Source: Mizuhopecten yessoensis (Eukaryota). From it: a stretch of 64,000 nt of DNA. Position numbers and translations under genes: made by a program. Numbering within the stretch: the first letter of the stretch is position 1; the number at the start of each line of letters is the position of its first letter. Below the pieces are notes generated by a model. It was not told where the DNA came from and searched no databases. It saw nothing but the letters and a program-made list of their open reading frames with translations. The stretch spans positions 158,690 through 222,689 of the forward strand of contig NW_018480047.1 in the NCBI RefSeq assembly GCF_002113885.1. Reading direction: 5' to 3'. This document shows, piece after piece, positions 1 through 12,965 of this stretch.

Positions 1-300
1 CAAATGGAATATTGAAATAAAAGCTTGATTTATATATAAATTTTCCTTTTTTTTTTGGTTAATTGATCCTATTTCTGTAACGGAAAACAAAAGGAAATGT
101 TGTTCATTAATTAGACTTCTCAGCTAATAGGAATCAATTATTACAGTTGTTTTCTCTCACACAATCAGAATTTTGATACTTGGATTTTCAGGAGTTTGTT
201 GACATCTAATTGCACCAGAAAGTTCTCCAATTAAATGTTCTCTCTGCTAATTTTCATAACGATCATTTTGACCTAAAAATTTCCAATTTAGTACAACTGT

Positions 301-560
301 CAAATGTTCTTTACTCATCGTTCCGTACAAAATATTCTTTACTCATCGTTCCGTACAAAATGTTCTTTACTCATCGTTTCGTACAAAATGTTCTTTACTC
401 ATCGTTCCGTACAAAATGTTCTTTACTCATCGTTCAGTACAAAATGTTCTTTACTCATCGTTCCGTACAAAATGTTCTTCACTCATCGTTCAGTACAAAA
501 TGTTCTTTACTCATCGTTCATTACAAAATGTTCTTTACTCATCGTTCCGTACAAAATGTT
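301..560. repeat. 28-bp tandem repeat, ~9 copies
   Basis: Unit CAAAATGTTCTTTACTCATCGTTCCGTA; explains ORFs 210-590 and 304-615. Confidence 0.95.
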
Positions 561-2107
561 TGGTGTAAACTCCCTTTCAACACTAGGTAACTTTCAGGAA
601 ATTTCATATACCTAATTAATTTAACATTCTTTTTAAAAATCTCTCAATTATGAAAATTTTCAACATTTAACATAACTGTATGTCATATCAAAATAAACAT
701 TAAATCTGATGAACACAATGTGTAGATGATCACTATGCAGATGAGACAAAGTAAAATTTCTGATTTCTGTTTGTCTTAGTAAAAAGAAAACAAAACGTAT
801 TACTCTTCGTATCAATAATAAGAGTTAAGTATTCTGATGATATAATATTATGGGGAGTAAACTTTCAACTTTTCATGTATACTTCACAGCGAGAAGTCAC
901 AGGAAGTTACTGATAATATCCTCTGTTGAACAAGCGGACAAACAAAAGTCAGTAAACTTATACATCTGTTTTAAATCCCTCAATTATGTTTTTAAGTGTT
1001 GAAACATATGGCTTTCTAAAAACATTTTACTGAAACAAAATTCTTTGTTATAAAACAGTTTTGAATAGAAATTAATGGCACACTGTTTTATTAACAGATA
1101 AATCACCAGTAAGAGTAACAAATGATTGAATTCGTTCTATTAGTATGGGATTTCCACAATACCTGAGGTATGTCTTCGACCACTCCTAGATTTATATTTT
1201 GTATAGCATTCCTTAGTTTTGATCAGTGCTACAATTCTATCGGTTGAACTATGACTAAGTATTATGCAGAATGCTTTGTCTCATGAGAACCAATACCTTT
1301 GCTAATTAGCATTCCAAACGTTCACCGTTTCTTATCATCTATTTTTTTCATGTGACCAAAAATGATTTTGGTTGGGTTCATGTCAGGAGTATTGTCATTG
1401 GCTGCCTGCGTTAGTGTGCCGCAGACTTTAAAATGGTTTATCAGTACAATATATACTATTAGCTATACATGAGCCAGCTTTACTGGGCAGCCATGTTGAG
1501 TGTAGGTGTCATCGGCCGCCTGCGTTAGCGTGCCACTGACTTTGCTTTATCAGAACTATATATATTTACTTTGCATATTTCTGAGAAGTATGATGGATTA
1601 CGGTTAATTTCGTAACTGCTATATAGTTCATCAATTCGGTCTCTACCTTCTGTTTATAATTTCACAGTGTGTCAGGCAGCATGAAACTGCAATATATGAT
1701 GTCAAAATTGCATCAAGACATTTTTCTTTACATTGTATTATCGGAAGTTATACAGCATGCATTTGCTTAACAGAAAAGCTTGTTTTTGATATATGAGCCG
1801 TGAGATAACCAGACATCTTACTATTAAGAAGTGATTATGATGGATATCTTTTTTGTTTATTCAGAAGTACAACCTGCTTGATGAAGAACAATACATTGAA
1901 ATGGAAAATATAGGTCAATTCTCATGACCGGCACAGCTCTGTATCACCAAATATCTAAATCAATCTGCTGTTGTACTGACATTTTCCCTGCTTGTTATTA
2001 TAATTTCATGTTAAGTCATATCTCTAACATGCAGTTATCTTCCAAAAATGGTGATATTCGTTTATGACAGTTTATCCTATGTAAGAGTGGAGAATACAAA
2101 ATTCTGT

Positions 2108-2470
2108 TCAAGGGTGTGTATATTGGGGTCAAGGGTGTGTATATTGGGATCAAGGGTGCGGATATTGGGGTCAAGGGTGTGTATATTGGGGTGAAGGGTG
2201 TGTATATTGGGGTGAAGGGTGTGGATATTGGGGTGAAGGGTGTGGATATTGGGGTCAAGGGGTGTGTATATTGGGGTGAAGGGTGTGTATATTGGGGTCA
2301 ATGGTGTGTATATTGGGGTCAAGGGGTGTGTATATTGGGGTCAAGGGTGTGGATATTGGGGTCAAGGGTGTGGATATTGGGGTCAAGGGTGTGGATATAG
2401 GGGTCAAGGGTGTGGATATTGGGGTCAAGGGTGTGGATATTGGGGTCAAGGGTGTGGATATTGGGGTCAA
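2108..2470. repeat. 21-bp G-rich minisatellite, ~17 copies
   Basis: Unit AAGGGTGTG(T/G)ATATTGGGGTC. Confidence 0.95.
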
Positions 2471-3866
2471 ATCAAGCTATTCTGGATAAGAGAACATTTT
2501 TTTAGGTTAACACTGTAAAGCGATGTTTATGGTAATATTCTCATGATAGGACCCAAGTTCAGGTTTTGTAGGATTGTATTCTCAACCATTCCATTTCCTA
2601 ACCTATTACATCTAGGAGAACATTTCTACCATGCGTCATTTAACTCTGTCCATTGTGTATATTTTGCTCAATTTTCACTGTTTTTGTATGAAGCTTAATA
2701 TGTCCTGTTTGCTTTAAGCTTATAGATAATCACTTTAATGCATACAATTTCAATAAAAAAAACACTTTGAATAACGTGTTTTATATATTTTGTGGCAAAT
2801 AAATATTTGTAGGGTTAATTAGCAAAGCTTCTTTTCATTTTTTTATTGTTGTTATAGTTCCAAACAATGCCACACACCAAAAAAATAAAGCCTAGTCACA
2901 GTCAGTATATCATATGTACAGTAAGAGTAGACTTTGACCAAAAGTCCATGTGCATGTATGTGCACAGGTCATATCGGAAAGCTTATAATCTCTACAAAAT
3001 TGCATAACCATTAGGTGAAAGTTTCAACACATTCTGCTGGTTAGTCGCGAAGCGGTGGAGTCCCCTTAACTCAGTTCAACTTTTCATTCATATCACCATG
3101 ACTGGTGTAACGCCATGACTGGTGTAACACCATGACTGGTTCCACTCAAGTATGTAGGCATCCAGAGAACCAGGTCCAGGTACCAGCGTATGTATTTGAA
3201 TAATTCCTGCTTACAATGGCATCGCAGGACATGGCTACACCGTTTCCTGGCAAAGTGAGGGATATAACCCCTACCTGCAGTCTGTGTAACCATGACAACC
3301 AATTACATCTGCCTATGACAGAAGCTGGGATAGAGATACATATATCTGTCTACAAGAATGAGCAACTTTGGTACGTACATCACCTAAACAAGACATGTCG
3401 GATACTGAACTAATGAATTTATGAAAAGAATTCAGCTATGTCATCAAAATTGTCTCACTGATAGTCGAAGTAGCGACCCAAATTTTATTTTAGACAGCTA
3501 GATCTAAAAGTAAATGGCTAATGGAATAAAAAAAATCAATATATTTGATTTTAGGTGTAGAAAAGCTTCATTTCCTGAAATTATCTTCATTGTAAAGGGT
3601 TGGAGTGGTGAATGCAGTGGCAGGAAAATGAGCTTGGATCTGGCAGAAATGTGAATGTCATCAAAGCTCATCTTACATCTTACAACATTATGATATAGGT
3701 CATCTCTATATAGGACGCCAGTTCATCACAGGCTAATTACTTCCCAGGATGTTGGTACTCATTTGAAGGGCTAGGCAGACTGGAACAACCAGTTTAGAAA
3801 TAATGGTAATATGCCAGAAAAGTCAAATTTAACTCCCTCCAGAGTTTAAAAAGCCTCAGAACTATG

Positions 3867-4861
3867 AAAAACAAGGTTACCGCGAGCGGTATATAATACG
3901 CCCGTCACACATTGAATGAGCAGTTGTTTGTATGATTGAAATATATGAAGTATTTGTGAGTAATTGATATTAAAAGAGAAATCATTCAACATAATTGGTA
4001 GATCAATGAGTGCAATACAACATCATGGAACGCATGCATCGCATTAATGAAACCAAGGGNNNNNNNNNNNNNNNNNNNNNNNNNNNNNNNNNNNNNNNNN
4101 NNNNNNNNNNNNNNNNNNNNNNNNNNNNNNNNNNNNNNNNNNNNNNNNNNNNNNNNNNNNNNNNNNNNNNNNNNNNNNNNNNNNNNNNNNNNNNNNNNNN
4201 NNNNNNNNNNNNNNNNNNNNNNNNNNNNNNNNNNNNNNNNNNNNNNNNNNNNNNNNNNNNNNNNNNNNNNNNNNNNNNNNNNNNNNNNNNNNNNNNNNNN
4301 NNNNNNNNNNNNNNNNNNNNNNNNNNNNNNNNNNNNNNNNNNNNNNNNNNNNNNNNNNNNNNNNNNNNNNNNNNNNNNNNNNNNNNNNNNNNNNNNNNNN
4401 NNNNNNNNNNNNNNNNNNNNNNNNNNNNNNNNNNNNNNNNNNNNNNNNNNNNNNNNNNNNNNNNNNNNNNNNNNNNNNNNNNNNNNNNNNNNNNNNNNNN
4501 NNNNNNNNNNNNNNNNNNNNNNNNNNNNNNNNNNNNNNNNNNNNNNNNNNNNNNNNNNNNNNNNNNNNNNNNNNNNNNNNNNNNNNNNNNNNNNNNNNNN
4601 NNNNNNNNNNNNNNNNNNNNNNNNNNNNNNNNNNNNNNNNNNNNNNNNNNNNNNNNNNNNNNNNNNNNNNNNNNNNNNNNNNNNNNNNNNNNNNNNNNNN
4701 NNNNNNNNNNNNNNNNNNNNNNNNNNNNNNNNNNNNNNNNNNNNNNNNNNNNNNNNNNNNNNNNNNNNNNNNNNNNNNNNNNNNNNNNNNNNNNNNGCCC
4801 GCCCGCCCGCCCGCTCACGTGATAACATAATACATCCCCGTCTTCGACGGGCGTATAAAAA
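3867..4861 (-). mobile_element. Helentron-associated non-autonomous element (HINE/DINE-1/pearl type), family A copy 1; core hidden in N gap
   Basis: On minus: T-run, subterminal IR TATACGCCCGTC with adjacent inverted partner (hairpin CCCGTC-TTC-GACGGG), (GGGC)n microsatellite, gap 4060-4796, second subTIR GACGGGCGTATTATA, palindrome TACCGC-TC-GCGGTA, T-run. 3867-4059 differs from 15735-15927 at about 4 positions. Confidence 0.8.
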
Positions 4862-4907
4862 CCTGATGAGTGAAACATATGACAAGTAGTTTTAGTGGGA
4901 ATCCTAC

Positions 4908-5071
4908 CTTTTTCCTTCCTTTGGTATCAAATCTTTCCCCATTTTTGAACCACTCGATGGTAGGTCTGGGTTTTCCATTGGCACCACAGTTAAGACGAAC
5001 ACTACTGCCCTCTGTCCTAGCTATAATGGCATCATTAGCAGAGGGTGCTGAGTCTTGGCGCCAGGAAGGTG
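4908..5071 (-). CDS. FGFR: FGFR-family exon, N-terminal half of IgII domain (APSWRQ...IIARTEGSSVRLNCGANGKPRPTIEWFKNGERFDTKGRKK)
   Basis: Ig I-set motifs (V-x-L-x-C, G-x-P-x-P-x-I-x-W-x-K-N-G); APSW corresponds to vertebrate FGFR APYW. Acceptor TTTTCTCTCTTTATAG| (phase 1) and donor AAG|GTAGGA (phase 0) match the split-IgII exon layout of FGFRs. FGFRL1 not fully excluded. Confidence 0.85.
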
Positions 5072-5230
5072 CTATAAAGAGAGAAAACATTTATACAGTC
5101 TATTATATCAAATATACAGTCTATAATACCAACTATCATATACAAAGTACCTAAAGTAAGAAATTTACATGGTACCTTATTGCCAAAAGCTATTAGTTAT
5201 TGACGTGGGATTTCCAAGTACCGTACTGCT

Positions 5231-5466
5231 TTTACCCTTTCACCACTGTAGACCATAATGAACCCACCCAGATCAATTTATGGTAGAGTTTATTAAAGTT
5301 ACATAGGGGTGAANGAAGGAGGTGTCTATCACAGTAAGGTAACATACAGCCTTTAACACATAGGGAGGAGGTGTGTATCACAGTAAGGTAACATAAAGCC
5401 TTTAACACATAGCCAGATCAATTTATGGTAGAGTTTATTAAAGTTACATAGGGGTGAAAGGGTTAA
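5231..5466. mobile_element. piggyBac-like mini-MITE interrupted by a satellite fragment
   Basis: TTTA|CCCTTTCACC ... GGTGAAAGGG|TTAA; internal 46-bp duplication (5268-5313, 5413-5458) flanks two 49-bp satellite units. Confidence 0.6.
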
Positions 5467-5654
5467 AATAATATTCAAGCTATATGTTTTATCATCCTAC
5501 ATTATATATATGTTATTGTTTTAAGGATCTTTAAAAAACAAAATAAAAGTATGTTTTTCCAACAATTTATAGTTACCCGAGTTTTATCAATAAATGATGT
5601 ACAAATTATCATTTACAACTGACAGTTTATAGATTTATGTAAGTATTGTTTCAG

Positions 5655-8456
5655 AGAGGAGGTGTGTATCACAGTAAGGTAACATAAAGCCTTTAACACA
5701 AAGGGAGGAGGTGTGTATCACAGTAAGGTAACATACAACCTTTAACACAAAGGGAGGAGGTGTGTATTACAGTAAGGTAACATACAGCCTTTAACACATA
5801 GGGAGGAGGTGTGTATCACAGTAAGGAGGTGTGTATTACAGTAAGGTAACATACAGCCTTTAACGCATAGGGAGGAGGTGTGTATCACAGTAAGGAGGTG
5901 TGTATTACAGTAAGGTAACATACAGCCTTTAAAACATAGGGAGGAGGTGTGTATCACAGTAAGGTAACATACAGCCTTCAACACATAGGAAGGAGGTGTG
6001 TATCACAGTAAGGTAACATAAAGCATTTAACACATAGGGAGGAGGTGTGTATCACAGTAAGGTAACATACAGCCTTTAACACATAGGGAGGAGGTGTGTA
6101 TCACAGTAAGGTAACATACAGCCTTTAACACATAGGGAGGAGGTGTGTATCACAGTAAGGTAACATACAGCCTTTAACACATAGGGAGGAGGTGTGTATC
6201 ACAGTAAGGTAACATACAGCCTTTAACACATAGGGAGGAGGTGTGTATCACAGTAAGGTAACATACAGCCTTTAACACATAGGGAGGAGGTGTGTATCAC
6301 AGTAAGGTAACATACAGCCTTTAACACATAGGGAGGAGGTGTGTATCACAGTAAGGTAACATACAGCCTTTAACACATAGGGAGGAGGTGTGTATCACAG
6401 TAAGGTAACATACAGCCTTTAACACATAGGGAGGAGGTGTGTATCACAGTAAGGTAACATACAGCCTTTAACACATAGGGAGGAGGTGTGTATCACAGTA
6501 AGGTAACATACAGCCTTTAACACATAGGGAGGAGGTGTGTATCACAGTAAGGTAACATACAGCCTTTAACACATAGGGAGGAGGTGTGTATCACAGTAAG
6601 GTAACATACAGCCTTTAACACATAGGGAGGAGGTGTGTATCACAGTAAGGTAACATACAGCCTTTAACACATAGGGAGGAGGTGTGTATCACAGTAAGGT
6701 AACATACAGCCTTTAACACATAGGGAGGAGGTGTGTATCACAGTAAGGTAACATACAGCCTTTAACACATAGGGAGGAGGTGTGTATCACAGTAAGGTAA
6801 CATACAGCCTTTAACACATAGGGAGGAGGTGTGTATCACAGTAAGGTAACATACAGCCTTTAACACATAGGGAGGAGGTGTGTATCACAGTAAGGTAACA
6901 TACAGCCTTTAACACATAGGGAGGAGGTGTGTATCACAGTAAGGTAACATACAGCCTTTAACACATAGGGAGGAGGTGTGTATCACAGTAAGGTAACATA
7001 CAGCCTTTAACACATAGGGAGGAGGTGTGTATCACAGTAAGGTAACATACAGCCTTTAACACATAGGGAGGAGGTGTGTATCACAGTAAGGTAACATACA
7101 GCCTTTAACACATAGGGAGGAGGTGTGTATCACAGTAAGGTAACATACAGCCTTTAACACATAGGGAGGAGGTGTGTATCACAGTAAGGTAACATACAGC
7201 CTTTAACACATAGGGAGGAGGTGTGTATCACAGTAAGGTAACATACAGCCTTTAACACATAGGGAGGAGGTGTGTATCACAGTAAGGTAACATACAGCCT
7301 TTAACACATAGGGAGGAGGTGTGTATCACAGTAAGGTAACATACAGCCTTTAACACATAGGGAGGAGGTGTGTATCACAGTAAGGTAACATACAGCCTTT
7401 AACACATAGGGAGGAGGTGTGTATCACAGTAAGGTAACATACAGCCTTTAACACATAGGGAGGAGGTGTGTATCACAGTAAGGTAACATACAGCCTTTAA
7501 CACATAGGGAGGAGGTGTGTATCACAGTAAGGTAACATACAGCCTTTAACACATAGGGAGGAGGTGTGTATCACAGTAAGGTAACATACAGCCTTTAACA
7601 CATAGGGAGGAGGTGTGTATCACAGTAAGGTAACATACAGCCTTTAACACATAGGGAGGAGGTGTGTATCACAGTAAGGTAACATACAGCCTTTAACACA
7701 TAGGGAGGAGGTGTGTATCACAGTAAGGTAACATACAGCCTTTAACACATAGGGAGGAGGTGTGTATCACAGTAAGGTAACATACAGCCTTTAACACATA
7801 GGGAGGAGGTGTGTATCACAGTAAGGTAACATACAGCCTTTAACACATAGGGAGGAGGTGTGTATCACAGTAAGGTAACATACAGCCTTTAACACATAGG
7901 GAGGAGGTGTGTATCACAGTAAGGTAACATACAGCCTTTAACACATAGGGAGGAGGTGTGTATCACAGTAAGGTAACATACAGCCTTTAACACATAGGGA
8001 GGAGGTGTGTATCACAGTAAGGTAACATACAGCCTTTAACACATAGGGAGGAGGTGTGTATCACAGTAAGGTAACATACAGCCTTTAACACATAGGGAGG
8101 AGGTGTGTATCACAGTAAGGTAACATACAGCCTTTAACACATAGGGAGGAGGTGTGTATCACAGTAAGGTAACATACAGCCTTTAACACATAGGGAGGAG
8201 GTGTGTATCACAGTAAGGTAACATACAGCCTTTAACACATAGGGAGGAGGTGTGTATCACAGTAAGGTAACATACAGCCTTTAACACATAGGGAGGAGGT
8301 GTGTATCACAGTAAGGTAACATACAGCCTTTAACACATAGGGAGGAGGTGTGTATCACAGTAAGGTAACATACAGCCTTTAACACATAGGGAGGAGGTGT
8401 GTATCACAGTAAGGTAACATACAGCCTTCAACACATAGGAAGGAGGTGTGTATCAC
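5655..8456. repeat. 49-bp satellite, ~57 copies
   Basis: Unit GGGAGGAGGTGTGTATCACAGTAAGGTAACATACAGCCTTTAACACATA; identical core, degenerate left edge. Confidence 0.97.
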
Positions 8457-8917
8457 AGGTACAGTGTCGTAGAATTAGGTGTGACATGTCACAGGTACAG
8501 TGTCGTAGAATTAGGTGTGACATGTCACAGGTACAGTGTCATAGAATAAGGCGTGACATGTCACAGGTACAGTGTCATAGAATTAGGCGTGAATTGTCAC
8601 AGGTACAGTGTCGTAGAATTAGGCGTGACATGTCATAGGTACAGTGACATAGAATTAGGTGTGACATGTCACATGTACAGTGTCGTAGAATTAGGTATGA
8701 CATGTCACATGTACAGTGTCGTAGAATTAGATGTGACATGTCACAGGTACATTGTCGTAGAATTAGGTATGACATGTCACTGGTACAGTGTCGTAGAATT
8801 AGGTGCGATATGTCACAGGTACAGTGTCGTATAATTAGATGTGACATGTCATAGGTACAGTGACATAGAATTAGGCGTGATATGTCACTGGTACAGGGTT
8901 GTAGATTTGGGTGTGAC
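8454..8917. repeat. 36-bp minisatellite, ~13 copies
   Basis: Unit CACAGGTACAGTGTCGTAGAATTAGGTGTGACATGT; directly abuts the 49-bp array. Confidence 0.95.
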
Positions 8918-10662
8918 AATGCTTGTAATGTCACAAAATTAAGAGCGACAACATTGATTATGTGCTATCATAGAGAAAAGAGGGAAACAACAGTAAGAAT
9001 TATTCGTGACTCAGTCATATCAAGCTCTTGGATTGTAAGAAATATCGGTAGTTAACTACAGTAAAATGGCACCTAAAAATGTGTTCATTGTGGGCATAAT
9101 TCAATACAGAGTAACGGTATCTTAATATATTTTATCAGCTAGGCAGATAAGAACCTTTTTTGTGGAATGTAATGAAACATACATCATCACTAACCATGAT
9201 TTAAATCAATTTAATGACACCAAACTCTATTATTTTTTTGTCACCATGGTTATATAACTTTTAAATTGATCACCTAGATAGTGGTAAATTTATGTCATTA
9301 TTTTTCCTCTTATAAACTCTTCAATTAAACTGTAGGACTATGATATACATCACGCTACAAAAATGGTCTAGAATCGCACCATTTCTCACCGAGAACTGTC
9401 ATTTATTTTGTTGTTCTTATACTGGTGATCAATCAGATGAAATGTATCCAGGAGGAGCATAATGCTCTAAATGACATTCACAAACTTCAGAGATATCTAA
9501 CTATAGTCAATTATCAGGCTTGTCTTTATAGTCCTCTAAAGTATAGCACAAAAGTCTAGGGTTTCTTAAATGCGTGCAATTAGGTTCAATAATTTGTATA
9601 ATCTCTCCATCGCCAGATTCCATTTTAAATAGGTTTGATGTAGAAAGTTTATTCTATGATGCACAAAGTTTATAAGCTAATTGCCAATATCTCCAGATCC
9701 TGAAGGCTGATATTTGGTGGGTCAACCCGAGGGCTGATATTAGTCGTGGGTTGTTGACATCAGGTAGGATGTTCACATAATACACACGTATTTCACACTG
9801 ATCAGTATTTACAAGTGAAGTCTGAATTATGAACACTAACATGAAATAATGTCAAACTTATTAATTTGACTATGGCGGATCTGGACCAAGTCATGTATCA
9901 TGGATGGCACGGTAAGGTAGATATTACAGGCACGGTAAGGTAGATATTACAGGCACATGCCGGACATATATCGATCGCACACAGGTATGGCCAATACAAA
10001 GCTAGCATTTTTTTTATAAAAATTTTATTGTTTCAACTTCCGATTTTATTATCTGTTTTCAAACTTTTTGGTTTCGATGATTGATTATATTACGAAACCA
10101 TTACGTGTGGAATAATAGATTCAATTCAAGTTAATTCATCCTCATTCATGTTTTTGATGTGCTAAGTGCACAGAGTGATTTTAATCATCATGTGGAGCAA
10201 GGAATTCTGGTACATCAAACTTCGTACAAATTCCTATTTTTTTCATCGTAGCCTACTGACCACAAACGTTTGTACCAGTAAATAGTTTCAAAATAAATGA
10301 TGCACAAATGGTGTGCTTTTCCTGTTTGGAACTAAAACAGCCAATTTTCTACCTGAAAAACACAAATGACCTTGTATATGTTTACAGTACACAAATACTG
10401 ATCATACCTCATCAGCTTATATAACGTGACATATTTATCGGTGCCTGCCTGCATTCTGTTCCATCATATTTGTAGGCCGCCCATTAGACTCACGCCTGAT
10501 TCCAATTACAAGTGACCTTTTCAAATAACATTGGTGTAAGCCGGCATTTTCTGGGCATCTCATGGATTCTATGTAAACAATGTAGAATATTTAAAGATTT
10601 CATAGTTGTCTCCCTTTTCTAGCGTCATTTCTTTTATACATGCAATTGCATTGACTAATGTT

Positions 10663-10728
10663 GTGGGTGGGTTGGGTGTGTGTGTGTGTGTGTGTGTGTG
10701 GGTGTGTGGGTGTGTTTGGGGGGGGGGA
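10663..10728. repeat. (GT)n microsatellite with G-runs
   Basis: GTGTGT... followed by poly-G. Confidence 0.95.
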
Positions 10729-11163
10729 TGTAAATGTAAATGTAGCATATACCTTCTGATAAAACTATTGTGTGTTTCAAATGAGTAAAAGCTGAAAGGC
10801 TTGATGGAAGGGGAAGGGAAAACCAAACATTGAGAATACCAAAATAGAGCAGAACCAACATTATGACATGGGCAACTTGATATCATGAGGTTTGAAATTC
10901 AGCTGACACCCATCATTGTAAATCATGAAATTATGAATTATATGCACCAAACAACATGACAGTGATAACAAGACTTGACATTTCCAATTGAACACGTTTC
11001 AATATTGGGACAATTTCTGCCCTGTCGAGAATGTGATGACATCATAGTCATGAATAATATGGTCACTAATTACAAATTTACATTTGTTACTGATCACCGT
11101 AGTGTTAAATTTGACATTTTCATATTGCGAAAATAAACCTGATTTAATAAAGGTGACCATCCA

Positions 11164-11270
11164 TAAAGACAGGGGGAATGGTAGGACGAATAAAGACAGG
11201 GGGAATGGTAGGAAGATAAAGACAGGGGGAATGGTAGGAAGAATAAAGACAGGGGGAATGGTAGGAAGAA
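11164..11270. repeat. 27-bp minisatellite, 4 copies; a fifth copy resumes at 12967
   Basis: Unit TAAAGACAGGGGGAATGGTAGGAAGAA; same unit at 12967-12993 beyond the HINE insertion. Confidence 0.9.
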
Positions 11271-12965
11271 CTAGAAATTTGTTTTTGTGAACAAAAACAT
11301 ATGTCTCCCCTCATTAGCCAATATGCCAATATTTGGAAGAATAGAAAGGTCACATCAATGTTAAGGTATGTACACTCTAAACCATGTCACTTTTAAATTA
11401 TCCTGCAATGTAGGAGAAATAACATGGAACTTATGCTGCAGACAAACTTTGGTATAAAAAATTAACAAAGGGCCATATCTCTTTATATAGTGGGGCATGA
11501 GACCATTTTTAAATGCAACACTCCTACTTCTCAAGATACATAACAGGGCTAACACTGTCAGAAATGGCTACTTTTATTTTTTATTGGCTACAAAAAATAC
11601 GATGTGGCTACTAAATTGACTACTAATTTTTTAAAAATGGGGAAAATCTATATCTTTGTCCAAGAGAACGATCTGTCTACCCATGTGTGTATATTGTGGC
11701 TGACGCTGATTGCGTAAACATAATCAAGGCCGTCACAGATCAGCGCGCGCTGTACGGCTGCGAGTTGATTAATGCTTTTGTCTAAGTTGTGAAGTCAAAT
11801 ATCAAGCTTCAGATGGCAACAGGTGTTATAATTCGTGTACATTAATGGACAGTGGGGTCAAGTTAATTGGATGACCCATTGACGTTGAGAAAACAGTCTG
11901 ATAAGCCAGTCCCACATAGGTGGATTCGCACACGTACATTTGGCGGCGCCGTAAGCCGATCTGATCACCTTGTTACAAATACTGCATCCAACATGTATGG
12001 GTTAATATATTTGAATAAGTGTGCATGGTCTTCATTCACCTTTTCCAGTACCGTAGCAAGCATAAATGCGTCCGATATAGTATTGCCTTGAAACACCATG
12101 TCAAAGTGCCTTTCAGATCACTTCAAACGAGATATCGTATCAATGTACTTTCGTGGTTAGACGTTTGAGAATTTGAAGAGGTTGAGAAAAGTTATTTAGC
12201 ATCGCAGTCATGCAGTTTTCTGAACAGCAAACCGTTCAGAATGTCTTCGACGGTCGCTTATATTAGATGCCAATCACAACACGGGAATGACCAAGTTGCG
12301 CTACGTGATGTGCTCCCGTTTTATTTCGAAGTGTTGGTTCAGGGTGAGCCCTGCATAACTATAGCAAGTTTGGTCAATGTAGGTGAAATAACATGGAAGT
12401 TATGCTGTGAATAAAATTTGATAAAAAAAATAAACAAAGGGCCATAACTCTGTATTTAGTAGGGCACAAGACCCGATTTCAGTGCGAGAGATCCCGCCTT
12501 CCCAAGAAACATCAATATGGTAAGTTTGTTCAACGTTGGTGAAACAACATGGAACTTATGCTCCAGACAAACTTCGGTATTCAAAATAAACAAAGAGCCA
12601 TAACTCTGTATATAGTGGGGTACGAGATCTTATTCCAGTGCACTGCACACCTTCTGTGTATGATGCAGGTATACTGAAAGTTCGATTAAGATATCTTTAA
12701 CGGTTTAAAATTTACGGGCCGGACAAGAATTTACTGAAAATGTTGCACTTATTTCACCTTTGACCTTGAGGTGAAGGTCACAGTGACATAATTGCAGTGC
12801 ACTGCACACTTTCTGTGGGTGAGGCAGGCATACCCCAAGTTTCATCAAGATATCTTTAACGGTTTAAAATTAATGGTCCAGACAAGTAGTGATTAGAAGA
12901 ACCAGAAGAACCAGAAAAACCAGTACTAATACAATATGTCTCCCTTCATTCGAAGGAGAGACATA
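11271..12965 (-). mobile_element. HINE family B element with ~156-159 bp core repeats, carrying a nested MITE
   Basis: Left end: CTAGAAA, palindrome TGTTTTTG-TGAA-CAAAAACA, subTIR TATGTCTCCCC. Right end: (AGAAGAACC)n microsatellite and hairpin TATGTCTCCCTTC-ATTC-GAAGGAGAGACATA. Core units recur at 11416/12385/12541. No TSD. Confidence 0.8.
11544..12353. mobile_element. 810-bp non-autonomous DNA transposon, hAT-like termini, 5-bp TSD (CATAA)
   Basis: TIR CAGGGCTAACACTG versus CAGGGCTCACCCTG (12/14); CATAA on both flanks; subterminal TGGCTAC x3; removing it restores the host HINE core unit. Confidence 0.75.

Noticed and set aside
1-3860. Second half of IgII (D-x-G-x-Y-x-C exon)
   Set aside because: No such motif found by eye on the minus strand; it probably lies left of the window.
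3986-4889. Long ORFs spanning N runs (also 25499-26122, 41296-41653)
   Set aside because: Artefacts of translating gaps.
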